Shown in pieces: positions 17,209 through 27,309 of a DNA stretch of 32,000 nt. Numbering within the stretch: the stretch's first letter is position 1; each line of letters starts with the position of its first letter. Location of the stretch: the NCBI GenBank assembly GCA_017303715.1, contig JAFLBZ010000017.1, positions 33,357-65,356 of the forward strand, given 5' to 3'. Origin of the DNA: Rhodothermia bacterium. Lineage in GTDB: Bacteria > Bacteroidota > Rhodothermia > Rhodothermales > UBA2364. The position numbers and the translations under genes were made by a program. Below the pieces are notes generated by a model, which was not told the DNA's origin, did not search any database, and saw only the letters and a program-made list of their open reading frames with translations.

Positions 17209-17247
17209 ATGCGTGTAGGTAACTTTGAGCCTACACGCATTTTTGTT
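17209..17247 (+). terminator. Rho-independent terminator after the GWxTD gene
   Basis: ATGCGTGTAGG (17209-17219), 10-nt loop, CCTACACGCAT (17230-17240): a perfect 11-bp stem followed by TTTTGTT. It ends 8 nt before the purK start. Confidence 0.8.
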
Positions 17248-17254
17248 ATAGAAT

Positions 17255-18421
17255 ATGAATCTTTCACCTATCGCTTCGGGCTTCCGTCTTGGTATTCTGG
17301 GCGGGGGGCAATTGGGCAAAATGCTTTGCCTTGCCGCACATCGTTGGGATGTGGAAACATGGGTTTTAGACCCGAATCCGGCCGCCTCTTGTTCCGTTAT
17401 TGCAAATCGTTTTGTGGTTGGCGATTTCAATGACTTAGAGACGGTTCTACACTTCGGACGGCAAGTCCATGTACTTACCATAGAAATTGAGCATGTAAAC
17501 ATAACAGCATTGCAGATTTTGGAAAAGGAAGGGATTAAAGTATGTCCATCTTCGAACGCTTTGTCTGTCATAAAAAACAAGGGTTTACAGAAGGCGTATT
17601 TATGGGAAAATGGGCTTCCTACAACACCATTTACGCGGTTTTCATCGGTAGAAGCCCTTCTCGCCGCAGTTGACCAAGGTGATATTTGCTTACCTTTTGT
17701 CCAAAAAACGGAAGAAGACGGCTATGATGGGCGTGGAGTCTCGGTTGTCCGGTCTGAAAATGACCTACGACATAACCTTCTTTCGGGTGCAACATTGGTT
17801 GAGCCGGTTGTAGAAATACAAAAGGAGATTGCTGTTATTGCGGCGCGGAATACACATGGGGAGATCGCCTTGTTTCCACCCGTCGAGATGGCCTTTCATC
17901 CAACAGCGAACTTGGTGGAGTATCTTTTTTGTCCAGCAGATATTCCAAATGCGATTGCTGAGGTGGCGGCACAATTGGCCCACAAAACGATCGAGGCTTT
18001 TGATGTGGTAGGACTTCTGGCGGTTGAAATGTTTTGGACGCGGGAGGGTGCTGTACTCATCAATGAGGTCGCGCCACGTCCACACAACAGTGGGCACCAT
18101 ACCCTTGATGCACATCATACGTCACAGTTTGAGCAACATTTGAGAGCGATCTTGGGATTTCCTTTGGGAGATACCTCCGCCCATAGTGCCTCCGTGATGG
18201 TTAATCTTTTGGGCGAGCCCGAACATAGCGGTGCGGTGCATTATGCAGGAATCGAAAAGATCATGCAAATTCCCAATGCCAATATCCATTTGTATGGGAA
18301 ACTTGAAACCAAACCATTTCGGAAAATGGGACACCTTACGCTGGTTGCGCCTGATTTACAAACAGCCCTTTCGCACCTATCAACCATCAAAAAGACCTTA
18401 CGTGTGGTCTCAATAAAATAA
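17255..18421 (+). CDS. purK: N5-carboxyaminoimidazole ribonucleotide synthase
   Basis: 388 aa. N-terminal [13 protein letters not shown], an ATP-grasp body ([15 protein letters not shown]...[15 protein letters not shown]) and C-terminal [18 protein letters not shown] are all typical of PurK. Confidence 0.9.
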   Translation: MNLSPIASGFRLGILGGGQLGKMLCLAAHRWDVETWVLDPNPAASCSVIANRFVVGDFNDLETVLHFGRQVHVLTIEIEHVNITALQILEKEGIKVCPSSNALSVIKNKGLQKAYLWENGLPTTPFTRFSSVEALLAAVDQGDICLPFVQKTEEDGYDGRGVSVVRSENDLRHNLLSGATLVEPVVEIQKEIAVIAARNTHGEIALFPPVEMAFHPTANLVEYLFCPADIPNAIAEVAAQLAHKTIEAFDVVGLLAVEMFWTREGAVLINEVAPRPHNSGHHTLDAHHTSQFEQHLRAILGFPLGDTSAHSASVMVNLLGEPEHSGAVHYAGIEKIMQIPNANIHLYGKLETKPFRKMGHLTLVAPDLQTALSHLSTIKKTLRVVSIK

Positions 18422-18426
18422 ACCTA

Positions 18427-20472
18427 ATGCGCAATCAATTAGCACAAGAACTCAGCCCATACTTGCTACAACACGCGGATAATCCCGTACATTGGTTGCC
18501 TTGGGGCGATGAAGCATTTTTGCAGGCGCAGAGGGAAGATAAGCCCATCTTTCTTTCCATTGGTTATGCTACCTGCCATTGGTGTCACGTAATGGCGCAC
18601 GAATCCTTTGAAGACCCCGAAGTTGCGGCATTGATGAACGATGCTTTTGTTTGCATCAAAGTGGATCGCGAAGAACGGCCAGATGTGGATGGGGTCTATA
18701 TGACGGTTTGTCAAATGATGACAGGGCATGGCGGTTGGCCTTTAACGGTCGTCATGACGCCGGATAAGAAACCCTTCTTTGCCGGAACGTATTTGCCCAA
18801 AAAAAGCCGATCTGGACGAATCGGTATGTTGGATTTTATCCCACAGGTTAAAAATTTATGGAATAACGACCGCTCACGAATACAAGAAACCGCCCGATAT
18901 GTTGCGGACAAATTACACATCAAGCACAACGAAAAACATAACAATGTGGGATTGGATGTAGCCGACCTTCAGCATACGGTTGATCTTTTTATTCAACGCT
19001 ACGATCCAGAATACGGTGGTTTTGGAGACCGACCCAAATTTCCTTCGCCACATAACCTGTTGTTTTTATTACGTTCTTGGAAATATACAGAGGATGAACG
19101 ACTGTTGCAGATGGTGCTTCATACCCTAAAGCAAATGCGGCTTGGTGGCTTGTTTGATCACGTCGGATATGGTTTTCACCGCTACGCTACTGATGCACGG
19201 TGGTTTTTGCCACACTTCGAGAAAATGCTCTACGACCAAGCGATGCTGGCTTGGGCCTATCTGGAAGCATACATGGCCACTAAAGACGACTTTTTTGCGA
19301 ATACGGCAAAAGAGGTTCTCCAGTATGTTTTGCGGGACATGCAATCGGAAGAAGGTGGTTTTTATTCTGCTGAGGACGCTGACTCCGAGGGGGAAGAAGG
19401 CCGCTTTTATGTGTGGGAATTTAATGAGTTGCACGAATTGGCAACGTCTGAAGCAGAAAAGAACCTTATTCAGCGTTTTGGTGCGGCTCGTTCTGGTAAT
19501 TTCCTCGATGAGGCGACGGGCAGGCCCATGCACACCAATGTTCTTCACCTAACCGAAATCCTTTCTGCGGAGGAAAACCAAACTTGGCAGATCTTTAGGG
19601 AAAAGCTTTTCCATTATCGGAAACGGCGCATTCATCCGCTAAAAGATGACAAAGTTTTAACCGATTGGAATGGCCTAATGGTAGCGGTTCTGGCAATGGC
19701 TGGCCGATTTCTCCACGAGGAGCAATACATCCATGCTGCCGAAAAAGCTTTAGCCTTCATCTTAGAAAAAATGGTCTTGGCCGATGGGAGACTGCTCCAT
19801 CGTTTTCGGAAGGGTGAAGCCGGTATTCAAGGAAATTTAGACGATTATGCCTTTCTTATTCTCGGATTGACCGAGTTGTACCAAGCAACGTTTAACCCAG
19901 ATTACCTCGAAAAAGCCCTGAAATTACAAGAAATACAAAATCAGTGGTTTTGGGACGATCAAACTGGGGGCTATTTCTTTTCTCCAACCGATGGCGAACC
20001 CCTCTTGTTCAGAGAAAAACAATATTTTGATGGTGCTATTCCTTCGGGTAATGCCATTTCTGGTTATAATCTTCTGCGCTTATCGCGGCTAACAGGAGAA
20101 GCCCACCATGAGCAACAGGCAAATGACCTTTTGTCCACCTTCTCCGATGACGTTAAGCGATATCCAACCGGTTTTTCCTTCTTGATGACGGCCTTTCATT
20201 GGCTGCAAAAGGGTGGTTATGAGGTGATTTTGGTAAGTGAATCCCACAACGAAGTCGTTCAAGAAATGATTTCTACCCTAAATGTTGTCTATCAACCTCA
20301 ACTTGTGGTGCTGCTCAAAACCGAAGCAAACAAATTAAGACTTGCCGAGTATGCACCATTTACGGGTCATTATGCTATTGCAACAGGCCAAGTTAAGGCT
20401 TTTGTTTGCCAAGATCATGTTTGTGACCAGCCCATAAACTCCGTATCAGCCTTGTTCGAGCGTTTGCGGTGA
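18427..20472 (+). CDS. Thioredoxin-domain protein, DUF255/YyaL family, with C-terminal (alpha/alpha)6 N-acylglucosamine-2-epimerase-like domain
   Basis: 681 aa. [62 protein letters not shown] is the hallmark DUF255 N-terminus. It starts 5 nt after the purK stop, so it is probably co-transcribed. Confidence 0.88.
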   Translation: MRNQLAQELSPYLLQHADNPVHWLPWGDEAFLQAQREDKPIFLSIGYATCHWCHVMAHESFEDPEVAALMNDAFVCIKVDREERPDVDGVYMTVCQMMTGHGGWPLTVVMTPDKKPFFAGTYLPKKSRSGRIGMLDFIPQVKNLWNNDRSRIQETARYVADKLHIKHNEKHNNVGLDVADLQHTVDLFIQRYDPEYGGFGDRPKFPSPHNLLFLLRSWKYTEDERLLQMVLHTLKQMRLGGLFDHVGYGFHRYATDARWFLPHFEKMLYDQAMLAWAYLEAYMATKDDFFANTAKEVLQYVLRDMQSEEGGFYSAEDADSEGEEGRFYVWEFNELHELATSEAEKNLIQRFGAARSGNFLDEATGRPMHTNVLHLTEILSAEENQTWQIFREKLFHYRKRRIHPLKDDKVLTDWNGLMVAVLAMAGRFLHEEQYIHAAEKALAFILEKMVLADGRLLHRFRKGEAGIQGNLDDYAFLILGLTELYQATFNPDYLEKALKLQEIQNQWFWDDQTGGYFFSPTDGEPLLFREKQYFDGAIPSGNAISGYNLLRLSRLTGEAHHEQQANDLLSTFSDDVKRYPTGFSFLMTAFHWLQKGGYEVILVSESHNEVVQEMISTLNVVYQPQLVVLLKTEANKLRLAEYAPFTGHYAIATGQVKAFVCQDHVCDQPINSVSALFERLR

Positions 20473-20497
20473 GCCTCTTACATTAGTCCATAAAAAA

Positions 20498-20527
20498 AGC
20501 GGGAACGAATCGTAGTCCATTCCCGCT
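20498..20527. terminator. Hairpin terminator between convergent genes (best fit on the - strand, for hsp20)
   Basis: AGCGGGAA (20498-20505), 14-nt loop, TTCCCGCT (20520-20527). On the - strand the hairpin is followed by a T7 run (complement of the A-run at 20492-20498). On the + strand the trailing sequence TGTTGG is weak. Confidence 0.65.
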
Positions 20528-20546
20528 TGTTGGCTCGCTCTATCGG

Positions 20547-21038
20547 TTATCCAACCCTGATCTCCGTTTTTGATTGCTGTGCTTCCAATGTTTTGGGAAG
20601 CGTTATACGCAAAATACCTTCCTCATATGAAGCCGTAATTTCTTGTGTCAAGACTTTTCCGGCTAGATCGAAAGACCGTCTAAAACTGTTTACAGGAAAA
20701 TCGCGGCGTGTATAAGTTTGGTTCTCGGTGTTTTGTTTTTCATCAACACTCACCGTCAAAGTATCTTCACTAACACCAATTTTGAAATCCCCTTTTTGAA
20801 ATCCAGGTACCAAGAGTTCAATCACAAATTCGGTTTCTTTTTCTAATATATTAATCGGAACCGGATTGAAACTGTTCATAAAGGGATTCTTACCTTGAAA
20901 GGGATTTCCACCTGTAAAGGGATTTCCACCTGCAAACGGGAATCCACCCATTTTGCGCATGAAAGGATGGCCGAAGCCGTGTTTTGCAGCATGACACGCC
21001 GCACGATGATGATGTTTTCCAAAGAATAATCTACACAT
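20547..21038 (-). CDS. Hsp20/alpha-crystallin family small heat-shock protein with an atypical His/Cys-rich, GNPF-repeat N-terminal extension
   Basis: 163 aa. The alpha-crystallin domain is PINILEKETEFVIELLVPGFQKGDFKIGVSEDTLTVSV...YTRRDFPVNSFRRSFDLAGKVLTQEITASYEEGILRITLPK. The N-terminus is MCRLFFGKHHHRAACHAAKHGFGHPFMRKMGGFPFAGGNPFTGGNPFQGKNPF. Confidence 0.85.
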   Translation of the reverse strand: MCRLFFGKHHHRAACHAAKHGFGHPFMRKMGGFPFAGGNPFTGGNPFQGKNPFMNSFNPVPINILEKETEFVIELLVPGFQKGDFKIGVSEDTLTVSVDEKQNTENQTYTRRDFPVNSFRRSFDLAGKVLTQEITASYEEGILRITLPKTLEAQQSKTEIRVG

Positions 21039-21156
21039 AGTTGTTTTGGTTTTGGTTCTTAAAGTTATGTTGTTTGTTATGTATTAGCAGACGAACCAAC
21101 TTTGGAATTACTTTAAACAAGGATACATTTTTTTGAGAACGAACGCATCAACAAAA

Positions 21157-21180
21157 AAGGCTTGGTTTGCTCCAAGCCTT
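21157..21180 (-). terminator. Rho-independent terminator after the sigma/membrane-protein operon
   Basis: AAGGCTTGG (21157-21165), 6-nt loop, CCAAGCCTT (21172-21180): a perfect 9-bp stem. On the - strand it lies 20 nt past the stop of 21200-21538 and is followed by TTTTTTGT. Confidence 0.75.
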
Positions 21181-21199
21181 TCGTCTCTTTTTTTCGCTG

Positions 21200-21538
21200 C
21201 TAATTTCCCATTTTGCGTTTTTCGCATTTTTGCCGCCAAACTGCCTTGAACTCGGCGCGTTCTTCCTCGCTCATTTCTTTCCATTTATCACGCATTCTCG
21301 CATTTTGGTCTTGTTCATGGTGTTTCCAATGATGGTTTTTACCTTGTGGAAAATTACCAAACAATAAACGACACAGCACCAATAAACCCAATGCTTGCGG
21401 ATAAAGCAATGCTTTAAAGCCCATGACATCGGGTATGATTGCATTCCATAACAGCATAACAATCCATGCTGCGACGAATGCAACACCCGTCATAATGAGT
21501 GGGATTATCCAAAAAGGTTTTTTAGTATAGTAAGGCAT
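21200..21538 (-). CDS. Small membrane protein with a charged His/Lys/Glu-rich C-terminal tail (possible ECF sigma partner)
   Basis: 112 aa. Two TM segments (FWIIPLIMTGVAFVAAWIVMLLW, ALGLLVLCRLLFG) are followed by KNHHWKHHEQDQNARMRDKWKEMSEEERAEFKAVWRQKCEKRK. Its start lies 13 nt downstream of the sigma-factor stop. Confidence 0.6.
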   Translation of the reverse strand: MPYYTKKPFWIIPLIMTGVAFVAAWIVMLLWNAIIPDVMGFKALLYPQALGLLVLCRLLFGNFPQGKNHHWKHHEQDQNARMRDKWKEMSEEERAEFKAVWRQKCEKRKMGN

Positions 21539-21551
21539 GGTATTTAATGGT

Positions 21552-22118
21552 TTAGTAATTTAAGAGATCTAAATAAAGGGCTTCCAATTTTTTGCGGAGG
21601 AATTTAACCGCATAGCCTTTTCGAGAAATGATTGTTTTCAACTTCTCGCCTGTTTCGTTCGCAATTTCCTGCAAGGTTCTATCCTCAAACTCATTCCATA
21701 CAAACACATCTCGCTGATTTTTAGGCAACTCGTCTAAGGCTTGCATCAAGGTCTCCCAAAACAGTTCGCGCAAAAAATCTGTTTCAGGAGTGTTCTCATC
21801 GGAATAATAATAATCTAACAAGCTAAATTCATTTTCTTCGTCGTCAAAGTCCATCTCCTCTAAACTAAGCGTGTTCTTCTTCCGATAGCGATCCGTGATT
21901 TTGTTTCGTGCCACCCGATATAGCCAACTGCTAACTTTCTCAATTTCATCTACTTGCGTCAAATTGCTGAATTGATACCACACTTCCTGCACAATGTCTT
22001 CGGCATCTTCGTCCGTCTTGACACGTCCCCGAACAAAACCGAACAACTTCTTGCTGTACGTTTTGACAACCTCCGTGATATTCGAGCGTTTATCTATTGG
22101 CATAAAATAGGTGTCCAT
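21552..22118 (-). CDS. RNA polymerase ECF-type sigma-70 factor
   Basis: 188 aa. Region 2 is EDAEDIVQEVWYQF...SSWLYRVARNKITDRYRK. Region 4 is LPKNQRDVFVWNEFEDRTLQEIANETGEKLKTIISRKGYAVKFLRKKL. Confidence 0.88.
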   Translation of the reverse strand: MDTYFMPIDKRSNITEVVKTYSKKLFGFVRGRVKTDEDAEDIVQEVWYQFSNLTQVDEIEKVSSWLYRVARNKITDRYRKKNTLSLEEMDFDDEENEFSLLDYYYSDENTPETDFLRELFWETLMQALDELPKNQRDVFVWNEFEDRTLQEIANETGEKLKTIISRKGYAVKFLRKKLEALYLDLLNY

Positions 22119-22400
22119 CTTTTTTTTGTTTATAGACGAACATGTTTTAAAAATACTTTACGCATGTTATGAATAAGTTCATTGTCGTTCTCAAGCATGA
22201 GTTGTTAACATATTCGAAGCGTAACAAATAGCTTTTCCTTATATAAATATCCGTTATTGTATAAAGATTTTAAGCGTTAAATTAATAAAAAACAAGCCAA
22301 GTTGGTCAATGTTTTTATCGTGAGGCGGTCTTGTTTGGCATGAAAATTGCACGATTATACATTGTTCCTTCCGTAAATACCCACGCTACCCTTGGTGTTC

Positions 22401-23000
22401 ATGTTACACAAATTCACGACCCAGCTTGGACAATTTCAGATTCGTCGTGCGATCGAGCATCGTAAAGTCCAGCCTTGGCCCCTTGATCCACAGCAGCGTT
22501 CTGTTTTATTTGTTGTTCCGCAAGAAGTTGGGGCGCAGCGTTCTTTCTGGCAATTTTTGGATGAGCTACACCTCAAGTGGCGAGGTGTTTTTGTCGCCAT
22601 TTTGTCTGAACAGGTTGTGTTTATCCCGCCAGCATATATCGGGCAAGCATTGCTCATTAAGCCGGAGGACTGCACGTCACTTGGTCTCCCGAAGAAAAGT
22701 TTTTTGGAGAAGGTTTGGTCTCGAAAACCGGATGTTGCGATAGATTTGAGTTTGGAAGCAAACCCCATCTCTGCTTTATTGGTGGGTGGCTCTTCCGCAA
22801 AATACCGCATTGGGCCACACCACGAAGATGCTGGTTTGTATTATGACCTCATGTTGGACTTTGGTCAATGTGTGCAAAATGGGCAAAGTCGCATAGAGTA
22901 TTTAAAAAGACATTTAGGACAAATGGAGCCTATGCCGCTCCTTTTTCGTCATAAAACGACTCCTTTTTTGCGTCCAGTGCGGATGCCCATAAGCAACTAA
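22401..23000 (+). CDS. Hypothetical protein
   Basis: 199 aa from the ATG at 22401; the ORF track starts at a TTG at 22392. I found no motif I can name. A strong terminator follows, and coding support is ORF length only. Confidence 0.5.
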   Translation: MLHKFTTQLGQFQIRRAIEHRKVQPWPLDPQQRSVLFVVPQEVGAQRSFWQFLDELHLKWRGVFVAILSEQVVFIPPAYIGQALLIKPEDCTSLGLPKKSFLEKVWSRKPDVAIDLSLEANPISALLVGGSSAKYRIGPHHEDAGLYYDLMLDFGQCVQNGQSRIEYLKRHLGQMEPMPLLFRHKTTPFLRPVRMPISN

Positions 23001-23013
23001 TGAACAGACAAAC

Positions 23014-23046
23014 AAGCCTCTTGACCAACGCAGGAGGCTTTTTTCT
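23014..23046 (+). terminator. Rho-independent terminator
   Basis: AAGCCTC (23014-23020), 13-nt loop, GAGGCTT (23034-23040), followed by TTTTCTTT. It starts 14 nt after the stop at 23000. Confidence 0.75.
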
Positions 23047-23117
23047 TTCGCCATTTGTCCTTTGGGTGAGAACGGGTTAAATTACGACTTTCCCCACCTT
23101 TGCGTAACCCTCTTCCA

Positions 23118-24569
23118 ATGCTTACATCTTTAGATTATTCGGTCATTTTTCTATACCTAATTGGCTCTATCGTTTTTGGCCTATGGATGGCAGGAAAACA
23201 ACGCGATAACAGTGACTATTTTTTTGGCGAACGAAATTTGCCATGGTGGGCCGTGAGTTTCTCGATTGTTGCCACTGAAACCAGTTCGTTGACGGTCATT
23301 AGCGTGCCAGCCATCGCATACGGAGGGTCTTTAACGTTTCTCCAAATTGCATTTGGGTACCTAATTGGTCGGATATTGGTGAGCGCAATTTTCTTGCCGC
23401 GATACTTTGCTGGTGAATTGACAACGGCGTATGAACTGATTGGCCAACGTTTTGGTGAGCGGATGCGGGTAACAACATCGGTTACGTTTATGATTACCCG
23501 TTTGTTGGCGGATGGGGTGCGTCTTTTTGCAACGGCAATTCCTGTAAAAGTGGTACTTGCAGCCAGTGGCTTAGACGTGGCGTATTGGCAAATTATTATA
23601 GCGATCTCTTTGGTGACCATTGCTTATACGCTCTTTGGCGGTATAAAAGCCGTGATTTGGATGGATGTGGTTCAGATGTTTTTGTATCTGCTCGGTGCGG
23701 TATTGGCGATCACGGTATTGCTGCAAGAAGCGCCCATAGATTGGTTTGCCCAAGCCACGGCAGCAGGAAAAACACAAATCATAGATTTTAGCTCAGATTG
23801 GCTTACGTCTCCTTATATGTTTATTACGGCTGTGGTGGGTGGCGCTGTTTTGTCTATGGCTTCGCACGGGACAGATTACCTCATTGTCCAAAGGCTCTTT
23901 ACCACCAAGAACCTACAAGAAAGCCAACGTGCCTTGGTGATGAGTGGCGTTGTGATTCTGATTCAATTCGCCCTCTTTCTCTCTGTGGGGCTTTTGCTTT
24001 GGGTGCATTATGGTGGCGCCACGCCCCAAGCGCTTGGTCTCTCCCGTGCGGATGAGATTTACCCCAAATTTCTGATCGAAGGCTTGCCTGCTGGAGTTTC
24101 TGGATTGCTGCTGGTGGCCATTTTTGCCGCTGCAATGAGCACCGTTTCTTCCTCACTCAACTCCCTTTCGGCGGCCTCCGTTATGGACTTGTACAAAAGG
24201 TTTGTTCCCAATACTACGCCAGCGTCGGAGTTCCGAATGGCACGCATCACCACCTTGATTTGGAGCGGGTTGTTTGTGGTCTTTGCCAATTTGTTTCAAG
24301 ATACCAAGCAACCTATTGTAGAGTTGGGCTTGGCTATTGCGTCCTATACTTATGGTGGGCTGTTGGGTGTTTTTCTGTTGGGGCTGCTGAATAAACGTGC
24401 AAAACAGACGGATGCCATGATTTCTTTTTTTGTTGCAATCTTGTCAATGGCCGTCATTATTGCACAATTCAAAATTGCTTGGCCTTGGCATACGGTAATT
24501 GGGTCTGGAATTTGTTTGATTTTGGGAAGCCTTTTGTCATTCAGACATTCAAAACAACCCGAAGTATAA
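23118..24569 (+). CDS. Sodium:solute symporter (SSS/SSF family)
   Basis: ~483 aa from the ATG at 23118; the ORF is open from a TTG at 23100. It has about 13 hydrophobic segments. SSS-type N-terminus: LDYSVIFLYLIGSIVFGLWMAGKQRDNSDYFFGERNLPWWAVSFSIVATETSSLT, then YELIGQRFG and GGIKAVIWMDVVQ. Confidence 0.82.
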   Translation: MLTSLDYSVIFLYLIGSIVFGLWMAGKQRDNSDYFFGERNLPWWAVSFSIVATETSSLTVISVPAIAYGGSLTFLQIAFGYLIGRILVSAIFLPRYFAGELTTAYELIGQRFGERMRVTTSVTFMITRLLADGVRLFATAIPVKVVLAASGLDVAYWQIIIAISLVTIAYTLFGGIKAVIWMDVVQMFLYLLGAVLAITVLLQEAPIDWFAQATAAGKTQIIDFSSDWLTSPYMFITAVVGGAVLSMASHGTDYLIVQRLFTTKNLQESQRALVMSGVVILIQFALFLSVGLLLWVHYGGATPQALGLSRADEIYPKFLIEGLPAGVSGLLLVAIFAAAMSTVSSSLNSLSAASVMDLYKRFVPNTTPASEFRMARITTLIWSGLFVVFANLFQDTKQPIVELGLAIASYTYGGLLGVFLLGLLNKRAKQTDAMISFFVAILSMAVIIAQFKIAWPWHTVIGSGICLILGSLLSFRHSKQPEV

Positions 24570-24582
24570 CGCGAAAGACACG

Positions 24583-27048
24583 ATGGGCATACTCACGCGC
24601 TTAGGCTTAACCCCTAAAAGACCACGACTCAAACCGGTGGGAAATCGGTTGGAAATTGGAAAGGAAACCCCAAATGCCAATTCACGGAAAAATTGGTGGA
24701 TAAAAGGAGCTATTTTCATTGGCTTGGTACTGCTCACGCTTTTTTCGTTTCCAGAACAACAATCCTATGATTGGGCAGATGCAAAAGTGGACGATGTTTG
24801 GCGTAAAGGGGATGTGATAGCCGATTTTGACTTCCCTATTTATCGGACAGATCAGCAGTTGTCCCGGGAAAAAAAACGGGTCTTGGCAGAACTTGAGCCA
24901 ATCTTTATCCCAATGGACAATGCAGAGGGGCAGTATGTTGCGAATTTAGATACTTTGGACGTCCGGCTTCAGCGAACCGTTTCTTCTTTCTTGGAATGGG
25001 AGTTTAGCCGGAGTAGAGGACTGGGTGACAAAGCCGCCATTGACTCCGCACAATACTATCGCTTTAAGTCCAATTTGCCGATCAATGTAAATGAACGTCA
25101 ATGGTCTTATTTGCTCGAATCCGCCAAGAGTGTTACGCCGGGGGTCACAACAACCGCGCGTGAGGAAAAAGGGATGGCCTTAAAAGAACAACTTATTCAA
25201 AAATTGTCTGGCCTGAGCAACCTATTCGATCAGCCTTCTGTTGAGCTTGTACGGGATAGCATCCACTCGGAAAACATCATGGTTCGGGACAAATCGGCAC
25301 ATGTGGACCGAAGTATCGCCCTAAAAAACATTCTCACCAAAGACCAAATCATCAAACAGGTTGAAAAACAACTTGCAGATACTTTTCCCCAAAAACAAGA
25401 CACCGTAGCCATTGGTATTGCTTTTTTTGAAGCAACCTTCCAGCCGAATTTGGCTTTTGACCGAGAAACCACGCAGGCGCTTTGGAATACCAATATCGCC
25501 CAAATTTCCCCGACCCAAGGGGTGGTCAAAAAAGATCAAGCCATTATTCGACAAGGGGAGGTAGTAACACCGGAGGTTTTGGCAAAATTGCGCTCGTATT
25601 CACGGTCGCGGTCTTCGGGAACGGGGGTTATTCCCAACTGGCGAATCACGATTGGCGAGTTGTTGTTGATCCTAAGCATTTATTCTGTCTTCTTTTTATA
25701 CTTGTATTTATTCCGCAAGCATATTTTTGACCGAAACCTGCATATTTTGCTCATTGCACTTCTTTTTGGTGGCTTTGTGGTGGCTTATGGCATTGTCCTA
25801 AGATCGGATGTGGAACAAGCCTTTAAATTGGTGATCCCCGTTACCATCCTTTCCGTGATGTTTACCATCGTCTTTGACTCAAGGGTGGGACTTTTTGGAA
25901 CCATTACAATGTCTCTGGTTGCGGGCTTGTTGTTCGCCTTCGACTTCGAGCTGACGTTCCTTACCTCGTTTGCAGGCATGATTGCGGTTTTTAGTGTTCG
26001 CGATATTCGGAACAGAGGGCAATTTTTGAGTACTGCCGGATTGGTTCACTTTTCGTATGCACTTGGGGCAACTTCTTTTACGTTGTTGCAATCTAATACC
26101 GTCGAAAGCTATTTATACACCATGTTGTATGTGGCTATAAATGCAGCACTTACTTTGTTTGTTTATCCCATTGTTTGGGTAATAGAACGTATTTTTGATG
26201 TAACCACCGATCTTACCTTGTTAGAACTCTCGGATACAAATCGGCCACTCCTTAAAGAATTAAGTTTGCGTGCTCCGGGAACGTTTAACCACTCGTTACA
26301 GGTCTCTAATTTGGCAGAGGCGGCAGCGGTTTCTATTGGTGCCAATGCACTGCTGACCCGTGTCGGTGCGCTCTATCATGATATTGGAAAGATGAGTAAA
26401 CCGGAATACTTTGTAGAGAACCAACAACCCGGAGAAAACCTTTTAGATGGCTTAACCCCGCGAATGGCCGCATTAATCATCGTAAACCATGTAAAAGAAG
26501 GGCTACAACTTGCACAAGAAGCCAAATTGCCCAAGGTGGTGCAGCAGTTTATCCCGATGCATCATGGCTGTATGCGCATCGAGTTTTTCTATCGGAAAGC
26601 GTTGGAAGGACAAAAAGACGACGCTTCTCCCATCTTGGAGTCGGATTACCGTTATCCCGGCCCACGACCGAATACATTGGAAACGGCCATTCTTATGTTG
26701 GCCGATGGCGTCGAAGCAGCTTCAAAAAGTTTGGAAAAACCAACCCTGAAAAAGCTGGAATCCGTAATTGATAAAATTATTGAAGCCAGAATTGCCGATG
26801 GCCAATTGAAGGAGTCCCCGCTAACTTTCCATGACTTGTCTAAAATAAAAGAGGCATTTCTTGGTATCTTGGGCGGGATGTATCACTTCAGGCTGAAATA
26901 TCCGGGGCAAGAGGAGGAAGTGGAACCCAAGACCGAAGAGCGGAAACTGCGGGGAACAAACGATATACCTACTAAGGAAAATATCGTGATTCCGAAAGAA
27001 ATGCACGTAAAGCCCACGCTAAAAAAGAAAATGCCCCCCGAAGAATGA
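24583..27048 (+). CDS. 7TM-receptor HD/HDIG phosphohydrolase (PgpH-like, putative cyclic-di-AMP phosphodiesterase)
   Basis: 821 aa. It has an N-terminal TM helix and extracytoplasmic domain, then a 7-TM block (aa ~350-530), then the HD domain: GTFNHSLQVSNLAEAAA...GALYHDIGKMSKPEYFVENQ...IIVNHVKEG...IPMHHG...LMLADGVEAASKSL. The C-terminal tail is Lys/Glu-rich. Confidence 0.8.
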   Translation: MGILTRLGLTPKRPRLKPVGNRLEIGKETPNANSRKNWWIKGAIFIGLVLLTLFSFPEQQSYDWADAKVDDVWRKGDVIADFDFPIYRTDQQLSREKKRVLAELEPIFIPMDNAEGQYVANLDTLDVRLQRTVSSFLEWEFSRSRGLGDKAAIDSAQYYRFKSNLPINVNERQWSYLLESAKSVTPGVTTTAREEKGMALKEQLIQKLSGLSNLFDQPSVELVRDSIHSENIMVRDKSAHVDRSIALKNILTKDQIIKQVEKQLADTFPQKQDTVAIGIAFFEATFQPNLAFDRETTQALWNTNIAQISPTQGVVKKDQAIIRQGEVVTPEVLAKLRSYSRSRSSGTGVIPNWRITIGELLLILSIYSVFFLYLYLFRKHIFDRNLHILLIALLFGGFVVAYGIVLRSDVEQAFKLVIPVTILSVMFTIVFDSRVGLFGTITMSLVAGLLFAFDFELTFLTSFAGMIAVFSVRDIRNRGQFLSTAGLVHFSYALGATSFTLLQSNTVESYLYTMLYVAINAALTLFVYPIVWVIERIFDVTTDLTLLELSDTNRPLLKELSLRAPGTFNHSLQVSNLAEAAAVSIGANALLTRVGALYHDIGKMSKPEYFVENQQPGENLLDGLTPRMAALIIVNHVKEGLQLAQEAKLPKVVQQFIPMHHGCMRIEFFYRKALEGQKDDASPILESDYRYPGPRPNTLETAILMLADGVEAASKSLEKPTLKKLESVIDKIIEARIADGQLKESPLTFHDLSKIKEAFLGILGGMYHFRLKYPGQEEEVEPKTEERKLRGTNDIPTKENIVIPKEMHVKPTLKKKMPPEE

Positions 27049-27309
27049 GTGCGCTCCGTATAAGCATGTCTGGGGTGATGTTGCTTTAGACCGCAAAAAA
27101 ACGATCTGGCTATAAATGTTTTGAAAATTGCCTTTTGGTAACAGACAAATAATAACCTTAGCGGAAGTTTTTTGCTTCCCGATAATCATGCAGGGCAGTT
27201 TTTTAGAAACTATTGTGCTTGTGAGAATTGCAGTGTTGTTGAAATCAACGAGGCCACCAAGACGCCAAAACGTTGGTAAGTATTTCAAAAAAAGACGAAC
27301 AACAATAAA

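Noticed and set aside
17086-17580. 164-aa minus-strand ORF spanning the GWxTD gene 3' end, the terminator and the purK 5' end.
   Set aside because: It runs antisense across a strong terminator hairpin and two well-supported + strand genes, and it has no recognisable motifs.
24583-27048. Whether the PgpH-like cyclic-dinucleotide phosphodiesterase is functionally tied to the TIR module.
   Set aside because: It lies 13 kb away, separated by many housekeeping genes and several terminators. PgpH-type proteins are common core genes. There is no positional evidence for linkage.
27049-27309. Possible yybP-ykoY manganese riboswitch upstream of the VIT1/CCC1 transporter.
   Set aside because: I could not find the conserved GGGGAGUAG-type core or the paired four-way-junction arms in this 260-nt leader. 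An Infernal scan would be the decisive test.
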